From: an uncultured Chloroflexia bacterium
GTDB taxonomy: Bacteria > Chloroflexota > Anaerolineae > Anaerolineales > Anaerolineaceae
Assembly: GCA_963704755.1 (NCBI GenBank)
Contig: OY969938.1
Location: forward strand, 2,010,001 to 2,042,000
DNA length: 32,000 bases
Direction of reading: 5' to 3'
Shown here: piece after piece, positions 1-8,232 of the stretch
Numbering within the stretch: position 1 is the stretch's first letter
Layout: the number at the start of each line of letters is the position of its first letter
Position numbers and translations under genes: made by a program
The notes under the pieces: generated by a model
The model's input: only the letters and a program-made list of their open reading frames with translations
The model's database searches: none
What the model was told of the DNA's origin: nothing

Positions 1-481
1 CGGTAATCACCGCAGCCGCCCGGTTGGCAAACACCAACAGGTCGCCGCATGAAATCGCAATTCCTTCGGTTGCATTTTCGATCAACTGGCGGTACTTATC
101 TTCACTATGCAGCAAAGCCGCCGTGCGCCGGTTGACCTGCCGTCGCAGGATCCAGACCCAGGCCAGGGTGATACCCAGCGCCAGGATGATCCCAATCGCC
201 CCAAAAATCACCCATCGCAGGGTGGCTAACGAACCGAACAACGCATCCAGGTCATGCAAACTTCCTCGTGTTGCCGGTAAGCTGCCAACCACAACTTGCG
301 GCGCCGGATCGGTCGGCGAAATATCCGCCGCGGAAGCCTGGATCAGGCCCATGGAGATGGATGGGCCGGGCCGGCCGGCATAGGCAAACGTGAAGGGAAC
401 CGGTCGTCCGAAGGCAGACAAGGCCAGCCCAAAAAAAGCTAGAGCGAAGCTAACAATAATGATGATATAGGACTTTTTCAT
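1..481 (-). CDS. PAS-domain sensor protein, N-terminal part (runs off the left window edge)
   Basis: Not in the ORF track because there is no stop inside the window. My translation of the minus strand from ATG 481..479 gives MKKSYIIIIVSFALAFFGLALSAFGRPVPFTFAYAGRPGPSISMGLIQASAADISPTDPAPQVVVGSLPATRGSLHDLDALFGSLATLRWVIFGAIGIILALGITLAWVWILRRQVNRRTAALLHSEDKYRQLIENATEGIAISCGDLLVFANRAAAVIT. This reads as a signal-anchor TM, an extracytoplasmic loop and a second TM. It then shows SEDKYRQLIENATEGI, typical of the start of a PAS domain. The frame stays open to position 1. Confidence 0.65.
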   Translation of the reverse strand, partial: MKKSYIIIIVSFALAFFGLALSAFGRPVPFTFAYAGRPGPSISMGLIQASAADISPTDPAPQVVVGSLPATRGSLHDLDALFGSLATLRWVIFGAIGIILALGITLAWVWILRRQVNRRTAALLHSEDKYRQLIENATEGIAISCGDLLVFANRAAAVIT

Positions 482-594
482 TAATTCCAAACCCTGGAAA
501 ACTGTTTCCCGTCCCAGGTTCTATTGTACCGAAAAGTCACACAATTTAATGTTGCATTAACGTTGAAATTCTTCACCGGAAACACATCGATTTA

Positions 595-1356
595 TTAACG
601 GACCACATAACTTGCCACGGCGATATACTGGCACAGGCTGCCCAAAATCACGAAAATATGCCAGATTTCGTGGAAGCCAAACACACCAGGGAACGGATCC
701 GGTTTTTTGATCACATAGACCAGCGCCCCCAGGGTATAGATCAAACCGCCGGCTGCCAGCCAGGCCAGGGCCGGCGCGGGCATATCTGTAATCATCTGGG
801 GAACAGCCAGAACACACAGCCAGCCCATCACCAGGTAGGCACCGGCGGTGATCCAACGCGGCGCATTGATGACAAACAGCTTGATGGCGATACCGATGAC
901 TGCCAGTGCCCAAACGATGGCCGGCAGGCCCCAGCGATAAAACCCGTGGAAATAAAACAGGCAAATAGGTGTGTACGATCCGGCAATCAACAGGTATATA
1001 GCCGAATGATCGAATTTGCGCAGGCGTAACAGCACAGGCGGGGAGACATTGGCCAGGTGATACACCGCGCTGGCCGTGTAGAGCAGCACCAGGCTGGCCC
1101 CATAGACGGCCAGGGAAACGACCTTCAACAGGGTGTCATGGCCGGCGGCGATCAAATAGACCGTCCCGATCACAGCCAGGATGGCTGCCGCCAGGTGGGT
1201 GTAGCCGCTGACCGGGTCGCGAACTTGCCGGTAGGACAGGAAGTGCACAATCCTGCCCAGCAAAGATACCTTGTTTTGCCGCCGGGAATTATCCTGGCCG
1301 TCTTGGATCTGGGTGCCTGGGTTTTGTTGAGCCGATTTCGTTGTCAATATTCTCAA
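595..1356 (-). CDS. hemolysin III / PAQR family integral membrane protein
   Basis: 253-aa ORF with about 7 hydrophobic segments. Family motifs are present: GYTHLAAA, FDHSAIYLLIAGSYTP and the C-terminal FGFHEIWHIFVILGS (HxxxH). TAA stop. Confidence 0.8.
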   Translation of the reverse strand: MRILTTKSAQQNPGTQIQDGQDNSRRQNKVSLLGRIVHFLSYRQVRDPVSGYTHLAAAILAVIGTVYLIAAGHDTLLKVVSLAVYGASLVLLYTASAVYHLANVSPPVLLRLRKFDHSAIYLLIAGSYTPICLFYFHGFYRWGLPAIVWALAVIGIAIKLFVINAPRWITAGAYLVMGWLCVLAVPQMITDMPAPALAWLAAGGLIYTLGALVYVIKKPDPFPGVFGFHEIWHIFVILGSLCQYIAVASYVVR

Positions 1357-1635
1357 AATTCCTTGCCGCTAAAGTATCGCGCTGCCAGAGGGCAAATCCT
1401 TCCCTGGGTCCGCTACGCGCGAGACATCCTTGCCCAGGCCAGGGGCTGCCCTGAATGGATCATACCCATTATAGCGGCGAACCTCTTCCCTGGCCCGGTT
1501 TGGATCTATTGGAAAAAGTTCGCCAGGGCTATTCGCGCTCAAACCGGATCCGCATGGCCCACAAGCGGGCACGACCCATTTTTGGTATACTGCAAAGAAG
1601 ACATAAATAGTTTAATTTGGCCCGGTTGAGCGAAT

Positions 1636-2745
1636 ATGAAACCTGAAACCCTGACCGAACAAAGACTTATCCAATTACGCCTCTCCAGCCAACGGATTAC
1701 AAATCCGTCCTGCGAAAATCCTGTGGATGTTGTATCTTGGATGGGCGCCATCCAGGCGCAAGATTATCCTGGGGCCAAATGGGCCCTGGCCCAGCGAGCT
1801 ACCCACCTGACCGATGCCGCTATCGACCAGGCTTTGGCAGATGGAAAAATCTTGCGATTGCACACTCTACGGCCGACCTGGCACTTCGTTACCCCCAGTG
1901 ATGTGCGCTGGATCCTCAAACTAACCGCTCCCCGGGTCAATGCGGCCAACGCCTATTATTACCGCCGGCTCGAGCTGGATGATACGGTGTTTTCCCACAG
2001 CGATTCTGTGCTGGAAAAGGCTCTGCGAGGCGGGAAATTGCTCACCCGCGCAGAGCTGATTTGTGCATTGCAAGAGGCCGGTATCACCGCCACGGACCCG
2101 CTGCGCTATACCTTGATCGTCCTGCGAGCCGAACTCGATGCGGTCATTTGCAGCGGCGGGCTGCGCGGTAAAGAGCACACCTACGCCCTACTAGATGAAC
2201 GTGCTCCTCAATCTCGTGAATTAGCGCCGGATCAAGCCCTGGCCGAACTCACCCGGCGATATTTTCACAGCCGTGGGCCCGCCACGCAGAAGGACTACAG
2301 TTGGTGGTCGGGCCTGGCCGTGGCAGACGCTCGCGCCGGGCTCGAGCTGGTCCGCTCCGAGCTGACCCGGGATGTTTTTGGCGGACAGGAATACTGGCTG
2401 GCCGGGGATGTTGATCCGGTCCGCCCACCCTTACCGGCGTTGTTTTTATTGCCCAATTACGACGAATATGTGGTCGGTTACACCGACCGCAGCGCCATCT
2501 ACGATCCATCGGATGACGGCAAACTGGATGCGCGCAGCAATCCGCTTTTTAACCATACCATCGTTATCGATGGGCACCTGCGCGGGACCTGGAAGCGTAC
2601 TATAAAGAAAAACCGGGTGTCTCTCACCGCCCTGCCCTTTCACCCTTTCAGTCCGGCGGAACACCAGGCCTTTATCGAAGCCGCCCAGCGCTACGGCCAG
2701 TTCCTGGGTCTGCCGGTGGAGGTCAAAATCTCTGACGAAACGTGA
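1636..2745 (+). CDS. winged-helix DNA-binding protein, YcaQ/AlkZ family (DUF1006) putative crosslink-repair DNA glycosylase
   Basis: 369-aa ORF. The N-terminus LRLSSQRITNP...VVSWMGAIQAQDYPGAKWALAQR and the C-terminus LPNYDEYVVGY...HLRGTWK match my recollection of the YcaQ-like HTH_42 family. Confidence 0.7.
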   Translation: MKPETLTEQRLIQLRLSSQRITNPSCENPVDVVSWMGAIQAQDYPGAKWALAQRATHLTDAAIDQALADGKILRLHTLRPTWHFVTPSDVRWILKLTAPRVNAANAYYYRRLELDDTVFSHSDSVLEKALRGGKLLTRAELICALQEAGITATDPLRYTLIVLRAELDAVICSGGLRGKEHTYALLDERAPQSRELAPDQALAELTRRYFHSRGPATQKDYSWWSGLAVADARAGLELVRSELTRDVFGGQEYWLAGDVDPVRPPLPALFLLPNYDEYVVGYTDRSAIYDPSDDGKLDARSNPLFNHTIVIDGHLRGTWKRTIKKNRVSLTALPFHPFSPAEHQAFIEAAQRYGQFLGLPVEVKISDET

Positions 2746-2774
2746 GGCTTTTGCGTATTTGTAGATGCAGCGCT

Positions 2775-2858
2775 GTAGGGTGGGTGCAGGGCTAATTGAT
2801 AACGCCGGCGACCTACACAACGGAAAGACCTACGAAACCTTGCCCGTAACCCACCGCT
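2775..2858 (+). repeat. copy 1 of the ~80-85 nt GTAGGGTG...CACC hairpin element family (family b)
   Basis: The left arm GTAGGGTGGGTGCAGGGCT (2775..2793) and right arm GCCCGTAACCCACC (2842..2854) are near-identical to those at 30398 and 30522. An inverted left-arm half, AGCCCTGCACCCACCCAC, lies at 2928..2945. Confidence 0.8.
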
Positions 2859-3060
2859 ATACCCGGAGGAAGGGTTACGGCAATTCCCGGGTCGGGACAT
2901 CTACTCTTTGCTCGCCAGCGTTGTTTAGCCCTGCACCCACCCACATTTCTCAGCGGCCTCTGCGCTTCAGCGGTTTAATCTATGAAGAGCAGCTTTGGCC
3001 GCGGGTTGCGAGGGACCGGGTTGATCCGCTTTTGGGAATTGTTCTTCTAAACAGTAATTT

Positions 3061-3153
3061 CGCTTCTTTTCTGCCTTCTCTCTGTGAACTCTGTGTCCTC
3101 TGTGGTTTTCTTCTTCCTTATTTTCTCTCCGTGAACTCCGTGCATCCGTGGTT
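3061..3153 (-). repeat. two tandem copies of the triple CACGGAG/CACAGAG unit with purine-rich tail (family a), inverted orientation
   Basis: CTCTGTGAACTCTGTGTCCTCTGTGGTT (3080..3107) and CTCCGTGAACTCCGTGCATCCGTGGTT (3127..3153) are reverse complements of the units at 7744, 7795 and 7973. Each is preceded by a pyrimidine-rich tract. Confidence 0.85.
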
Positions 3154-3240
3154 CGCTTCCTTCTACCTCTGCGCTGAATTCTTCTTTACGCCATGATAGA
3201 ATTAGTTATCCCTTTATGCCGGTATCTACAAGGAAATATT

Positions 3241-3933
3241 ATGAAAACGTTTGGCCTGATCGGCGGGATGAGCTGGGAATCCTCCAGCGAATACTACCGC
3301 ATCATCAACGAAGAAATCCATACTCGCCTGGGCGGGCTGCACTCGGCCCAGTGCCTGATGTACTCGGTGGACTTTGCCGAAATCGAGACCATGCAGCACA
3401 GCGGCCGCTGGCAAGAGGCCACCCAGGCCATGATCGACGCTGCCCGGCGCCTGGAAAAAGGTGGGGCCGACTTCGTGGTCATCTGCACCAACACCATGCA
3501 CAAAATGGCCGACCAGGTCAGTGAAAGCGTCTCGATCCCGCTCCTGCACATCGCCGATGCGGCCGCCGAAGCGGTCAAAGCGCAAGGGCTGCACAAAGTC
3601 GGCCTGCTGGGCACGCGCTTCACCATGGAGGAGGACTTCTACAAAGGCCGCCTGGAAACAAATCATGGCCTGGAGGTGCTCGTCCCGGACGCCGAAGGCC
3701 GCACCCTGGTGGACGATGTGATCTACGGTGAGCTGGTGGTCGGGGTGATCAACCCGGCCTCCAAAGAAAGCTACCAACAAGTTATTGCCAACCTGGTCGC
3801 ACAAGGCGCCCAGGGGATCATCCTGGGCTGTACTGAGATCGGCCTGCTGGTCAAGCCGGAAGACAGCCCGGTGCCATTGTTCGATACTACTCGCATTCAT
3901 GCCGAAGCAGCCGTTGATTTTGCTTTGAAATGA
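3241..3933 (+). CDS. aspartate/glutamate racemase family protein
   Basis: The start is taken at ATG 3241 (MKTFGLIGGMSWESSSEYYRIINE), a typical family N-terminus. Both catalytic-Cys contexts are present: VVICTNTMH and IILGCTEIGLL. The upstream 16 codons of the track ORF have no support. Confidence 0.85.
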   Translation: MKTFGLIGGMSWESSSEYYRIINEEIHTRLGGLHSAQCLMYSVDFAEIETMQHSGRWQEATQAMIDAARRLEKGGADFVVICTNTMHKMADQVSESVSIPLLHIADAAAEAVKAQGLHKVGLLGTRFTMEEDFYKGRLETNHGLEVLVPDAEGRTLVDDVIYGELVVGVINPASKESYQQVIANLVAQGAQGIILGCTEIGLLVKPEDSPVPLFDTTRIHAEAAVDFALK

Positions 3934-3942
3934 GAGGGGAAA

Positions 3943-4776
3943 ATGTTCGAAATACCCGAGCTCGTTACCCTGGCCCGGCAAATCAACCAGACCCTGAGCG
4001 GAAAGATTATCGCCCGGGGCCAGTTGGGTAATTCGCCCCATAAGTTTGTCTGGTATAACCACAGCCACGAGGAATTCGAGGCGCTTACCCACGGGAAAAC
4101 GATTGGCCGGGCCTACTCCAGGGGAAAATGGCTGTTCGTCCCGCTGGACAGCGACTACCTGCTGGTGCTGGGCGAATTTGGCGGCAAGCTGATCTTCCAC
4201 CAACCCGGCGAAAGCACGCCCGAAAAATATCACCTGTTCCTCACCTTCGCAGACGGGTCGATGCTGACCGGTAAGACGCAAATGTGGGGCGCCTACGAAT
4301 TGTACGAGACCGGCCGGGAACAGGAGCGCCAGTACATCCACGATATGCGCACCCCACCCAACGAGGCCGCCTTCACCCGCGAATACTTCAATGGACTGAT
4401 CGACTCGCTGCTCGAAGGGGAGAAACGCAGCGTCAAGGGCCTGCTGGTCCAGGACCAGCTCATTCCCGGGTTGGGCAACGCCATCGCCCAGGACATCCTC
4501 TTCCGGGCGGGCATGAACCCGCGCCGGCCGATCGGCGAGCTGGATGGCGCTGGGCGCAACCGGCTTTACGATGCCACCGCTGAAACATTGACGAAATGCA
4601 TCGACGCGGGCGGCCGCAACGACGAAGTGGACCTGTACGACCACCCCGGCGGGTATGTCCGCTTGATGGACGCCAAAGCCGTCGGTCGGCCCTGCCCTCT
4701 GTGCGATAGCCCAATTCAAAAAATGGCCTACCTGGGCGGTTCGAATTACTTTTGTCCCACCTGCCAGGCTAATTAA
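3943..4776 (+). CDS. Fpg/Nei-family (H2TH plus C-terminal zinc finger) DNA glycosylase-like protein lacking the N-terminal catalytic Pro
   Basis: SD GAGGGG upstream of the ATG. The N-terminus MFEIPELV aligns with canonical MPELPEVE. H2TH-like KGLLVQDQLIPGLGNAIAQDILFRAGMNP. Zinc finger CPLCDSPIQKMAYLGGSNYFCPTCQ (CxxC-x16-CxxC). Confidence 0.75.
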   Translation: MFEIPELVTLARQINQTLSGKIIARGQLGNSPHKFVWYNHSHEEFEALTHGKTIGRAYSRGKWLFVPLDSDYLLVLGEFGGKLIFHQPGESTPEKYHLFLTFADGSMLTGKTQMWGAYELYETGREQERQYIHDMRTPPNEAAFTREYFNGLIDSLLEGEKRSVKGLLVQDQLIPGLGNAIAQDILFRAGMNPRRPIGELDGAGRNRLYDATAETLTKCIDAGGRNDEVDLYDHPGGYVRLMDAKAVGRPCPLCDSPIQKMAYLGGSNYFCPTCQAN

Positions 4777-4992
4777 ATTGCAGCCTGGGTACGGATTGGC
4801 TGCCTTCGTAACTTCTCAGTCACCACAAAAAACAACCTTAATTTCCGAACCAGGCTGAGTAGTAACCCGTGTTAATCCATTTTTCATCTAAGGCGTTTAC
4901 ACTGTTACTGGCTTACTCTACTGGGAGAAGGCTTTTTTGAGCGAAGTAAGAGAATGGATTATTCAACAGGACAGCAACTGTTATAAGTCGCG

Positions 4993-5367
4993 ATGAAAGA
5001 AGAACTGATAAACACATTAGGAGGATTCCTGATCATCCTGGTCGCCGCCGCGTTGATCTCTGCGGGCATTTTCATGATCGTCAGAGAAAAGCAGGCCACG
5101 AGCGCTTTTCCCGATCCACCGGCTGCCTACCAGAGTAACCGGCGACCCGTGGGACTGGACAATGGCCGGCCAAGACCCGCTCCGCCGCCTGGCGCCCCTA
5201 ATTCGGATGACGGCTTCCCCAATTCACGTGATTTCAGCCATTTTACCTGGCAGGATCTGCTCAAGGAATTCGCCGGTGTTATTGGCATCATTTTGATCTA
5301 TAGCCTGGCCCAGGCCGCTTTCACCCGCCTGAACCAGCGTCGCTCGGCCCGCATCAGCGCCGATTGA
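4993..5367 (+). CDS. hypothetical small membrane protein (two TM segments, Pro-rich linker)
   Basis: 124-aa ORF with TM segments GGFLIILVAAALISAGIFMIV and FAGVIGIILIYSLAQAAF. A strong intrinsic terminator follows. There is no obvious SD and I recognise no homology. Confidence 0.45.
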   Translation: MKEELINTLGGFLIILVAAALISAGIFMIVREKQATSAFPDPPAAYQSNRRPVGLDNGRPRPAPPPGAPNSDDGFPNSRDFSHFTWQDLLKEFAGVIGIILIYSLAQAAFTRLNQRRSARISAD

Positions 5368-5412
5368 ATACAGCTTTATCGCGGAAGATATATTTCTCCG
5401 ATCCCCATAACT

Positions 5413-5453
5413 GACGCAGGCAGCGGTTTTTATTCGCTGCCTGCGTCGTTTTG
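5413..5453 (+). terminator. rho-independent terminator
   Basis: Perfect 13-bp stem GACGCAGGCAGCG (5413..5425) / CGCTGCCTGCGTC (5435..5447) with a 9-nt loop, followed by GTTTTG. It lies 46 nt after the 4993..5367 stop. Confidence 0.75.
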
Positions 5454-5487
5454 TAGTATCTATCCGGGCTTCAGTTAAAAAGTTTGT

Positions 5488-5536
5488 GAATTAGAGGTGT
5501 GTGCCTGGACTACGCCCAGGCACACACCTCTAATTC
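5488..5536. repeat. perfect 21-bp inverted repeat (hairpin/palindrome)
   Basis: GAATTAGAGGTGTGTGCCTGG (5488..5508), a 7-nt loop, then CCAGGCACACACCTCTAATTC (5516..5536). The exact reverse complement was verified by eye. Confidence 0.9.
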
Positions 5537-5751
5537 GAGTTGCTTACCCGTTATGTTTTGGGGTAATCTCACTGCGTTGATCATGGGTACACCCCTTATA
5601 ATTATTCTGGCTGCTCAAACTTATGTTAAAGAATCCCTGATTTGAACCGTTTGGGATGATTAAGACACCCCTAACGCCAATTCGGGTTAATTAATAGGCT
5701 GAGCAGTTTCCCATAATTTCAGCAATCATCCCCCATCAAGCGAGGCACACC

Positions 5752-7719
5752 ATGGAACGGCAGAAGCACTCTTTCGTATCTATACTGTTTTATAGCCTGG
5801 TTTTCCTGGTCTTCTTCCAACTGATTTCGGACTTTATCGAAGCGATCTATACCTTCGGCCTGCTCAGTGTGGACATCCCGCCCGAGGTGGTCAGTGTCGT
5901 GCTCTTCTTCTCTCCCTTCTTGCTGCTGCTTTTCCGGCGCAATTTTTCGCGAGGAGCTTTGCTGGCCCTGGCCGGCGGCGCGGCCTTGATGCGCTTCGCA
6001 GAGGTCATGTTGACCGCCGGGCCGAAACTGGTCGCCTGCGGGCTCGGGGTTGGGCTGATTCTGCTCTATTTGCCGGCCGCCCTGGCCGGTTATGGGCAGG
6101 ACGGCCAGCGCATCGAGGCAGGCACAACCGCCCTGGAGATAGGCGCCGGCCTGGCGATTGCCCTGGCATTATCGATCTTTCTGCGCAGCCTGGGCGCCGG
6201 CAGCGACCCGACCCTGGTCTTCCCATTGTTTTCCTGGATCCTGGCGGCTGTATTCCTGCTGGCCTTGCTGCTCGTTGACCGCCGGCCTCAGGCGAGCCCC
6301 GCTCCGCTGGAACCGCAAAAAAACACCTTTGGCGGCGTCCTGGCGCTCAGCCTGGGCACGTTCAGCTCGCTGGCGCTGATCTATTTTGCTTTCCTCAGCC
6401 CAACCGTTTTGTCGCGCTGGTCAGGGGCCAGCTACCCTGGGCTGCTGATCACGCTGAGCATCGGCCTGCTGGCCTACTTTGTCGCCCTGGCTTTCGCAAA
6501 AATAGGCCGGCTGTCTCACGGCCTGGTCCTGGCCTGGAACGCGGTCTTCATCCTGGCCGGAGTGGGCGCTATCCTGGGGCTGCAGGTGGCCTTTCCCGCC
6601 AACAGCGCGGCCTTTCCGCTTTACCAGAACCCGGCGAGCGCCGGTGCGCTGGTTTTGTTGTTCCTCATGGTTCTGCTCAGCCCGATCGTGCTGCTGGATT
6701 TCACTTTCTTTGCCCTGGCGCTGGCCCGCCGCCGGCCCTCCCCGCGCCAGGTCGGCGGGGCCTTCGGCCTGGCAGCCTTATTTTTCCTGATCTTCGTGTT
6801 GGCCCAGGTGTTCACCACCGTCTATGACTACATTCCGGTAGTCGGGCCCTGGTTCCGCGACCGCTTCTGGCTGGCCTTTTTACTGCCTTGCCTGGGCATG
6901 GCCCTGCCGCTCCTGGCCGGCCGGTTAAGCCTGCCCTTCGCCGGCCTGCCAGTGCTGAAGGCAATCTACTTGCCGGCGCTGGCCGCCTTGCTGGTATTCT
7001 CGGTGGCCTGGGTAACCCTGTCCGCGCCCCGGTCGGTCACTCCCGGCGACGCCGCCACACTGCGGGTGATGACCTACAACATCCAGCAGGGCTATTCGGC
7101 CGACGGCCGGCGGAATTATGCCGGCCAACTGGACGTGATCCGCACACAGGACCCGGATATCCTCGGCCTGGAAGAATCCGACGTAGCCCGCTTTTCCGGC
7201 GGCAACGCGGATATCGTGCGCACCTTTGCCGACGGGCTGAACATGTACGCATATTACGGCCCGCGCACGGTGACCGGCACATTCGGCATCGCTTTGCTCT
7301 CCAAATACCCGATTGAAAACCCGCGCACCTTCTACATGTACAGCAGCGGCGAGCAGACCGCGGCGATTCTGGCCCAGGTCACCGTTGGGACGAAAAAATA
7401 TCATATCCTGGTCACCCACCTGGGCAACGACGGGCCGATGATCCAGCAGCAGCAGGTGCTGCAAGAGAGCCAGGGCCTGGATAACCTGATCGCGATGGGT
7501 GATTTCAATTTCAGCCTGGATACCGACCAGTACCGGCTTACGCGCCAGTCGCTGGACGATGCCTGGGCCCTGGCCGGTTCACCGGACGCGCCCGGCCTGG
7601 ACTTGAACGACCTGATCGATCACATCTTCGTCAGCCCGGGCACCACCGTGCAGTCAGCCGGCTACCTGGTCTCGCCCAATTCCGATCACCCCGCCCTGGT
7701 GGCCGTACTGGCGCCATAA
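5752..7719 (+). CDS. polytopic membrane protein with C-terminal endonuclease/exonuclease/phosphatase (EEP) domain
   Basis: 655-aa ORF. The first ~430 aa are almost entirely hydrophobic helices. The C-terminal ~220 aa carry EEP motifs: LRVMTYNIQQG, ILGLEESD, VTHLGN, MGDFNF, IDHIFVS and SDHPALVA. Confidence 0.8.
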   Translation: MERQKHSFVSILFYSLVFLVFFQLISDFIEAIYTFGLLSVDIPPEVVSVVLFFSPFLLLLFRRNFSRGALLALAGGAALMRFAEVMLTAGPKLVACGLGVGLILLYLPAALAGYGQDGQRIEAGTTALEIGAGLAIALALSIFLRSLGAGSDPTLVFPLFSWILAAVFLLALLLVDRRPQASPAPLEPQKNTFGGVLALSLGTFSSLALIYFAFLSPTVLSRWSGASYPGLLITLSIGLLAYFVALAFAKIGRLSHGLVLAWNAVFILAGVGAILGLQVAFPANSAAFPLYQNPASAGALVLLFLMVLLSPIVLLDFTFFALALARRRPSPRQVGGAFGLAALFFLIFVLAQVFTTVYDYIPVVGPWFRDRFWLAFLLPCLGMALPLLAGRLSLPFAGLPVLKAIYLPALAALLVFSVAWVTLSAPRSVTPGDAATLRVMTYNIQQGYSADGRRNYAGQLDVIRTQDPDILGLEESDVARFSGGNADIVRTFADGLNMYAYYGPRTVTGTFGIALLSKYPIENPRTFYMYSSGEQTAAILAQVTVGTKKYHILVTHLGNDGPMIQQQQVLQESQGLDNLIAMGDFNFSLDTDQYRLTRQSLDDAWALAGSPDAPGLDLNDLIDHIFVSPGTTVQSAGYLVSPNSDHPALVAVLAP

Positions 7720-7743
7720 GGATACTGCCGGGGTTTAGAAATT

Positions 7744-8024
7744 AACCACGGAGGCACGGAGGACACGGAGAAGAGGAAGAAAAGAGAAAGAATTAACCAC
7801 GGAGTACACAGAGTTCACGGAGAAAAGAAAGAGAAGAAGAGAAAATATTTTGAAAGAGCGCCGTCGTAGGGTGCGTTTGAGGGCTGACTTCCCCGGCACC
7901 GGCGAACCACCAGGCTGCTCGTCTATCCTGGCGTGCCCGGAACGCACCATCGCGGCGCTGCCATTACGAATCAAACCACGGAGGCACAGAGCTCACGGAG
8001 AAGAGGAAGAAGAGGGAAAAAAAT
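7744..8024 (+). repeat. repeat cluster: three family-a units flanking one family-b hairpin element
   Basis: Family a: AACCACGGAGGCACGGAGGACACGGAG (7744..7770), AACCACGGAGTACACAGAGTTCACGGAG (7795..7822) and AACCACGGAGGCACAGAGCTCACGGAG (7973..7999). Each is followed by a ~24-nt purine-rich tail. Family b: 7866..7951, GTAGGGTGCGTTTGAGGGC ... GCCCGGAACGCACCATC. Confidence 0.85.
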
Positions 8025-8232
8025 TGCGGGTTGATTGAACAACAGCCAAAACCAGATCGGCCCGGCCCCTCGCAACCCTCGGCCGAGGCCGTTTTTCCCG
8101 ACTGACTTCATAAGCCAATAGGCCGATTAAACCAGCGCCCATGCCTCCTCCTAACCTCCCCCAAAATCCAAAACCGGGATTTTAGGGGAGGAATTTGGCT
8201 TTTCATCCCTGGTTGCCTTATCAACTCATTCC

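Noticed and set aside
24-383. 119-aa plus-strand ORF at the left edge
   Set aside because: It is antisense to the PAS-sensor N-terminus, which has TM segments and a PAS start. The ORF is Arg/Pro-rich and has no SD.
3226-4719. 497-aa ORF on the minus strand spanning the racemase and Fpg-like genes
   Set aside because: It is antisense to two plus-strand genes with clear family motifs and SDs. Its translation is low-complexity and rich in Ala, Gly, Val, Asp and Gln with no recognisable motif. This is typical of stop-free antisense frames in GC-rich DNA.
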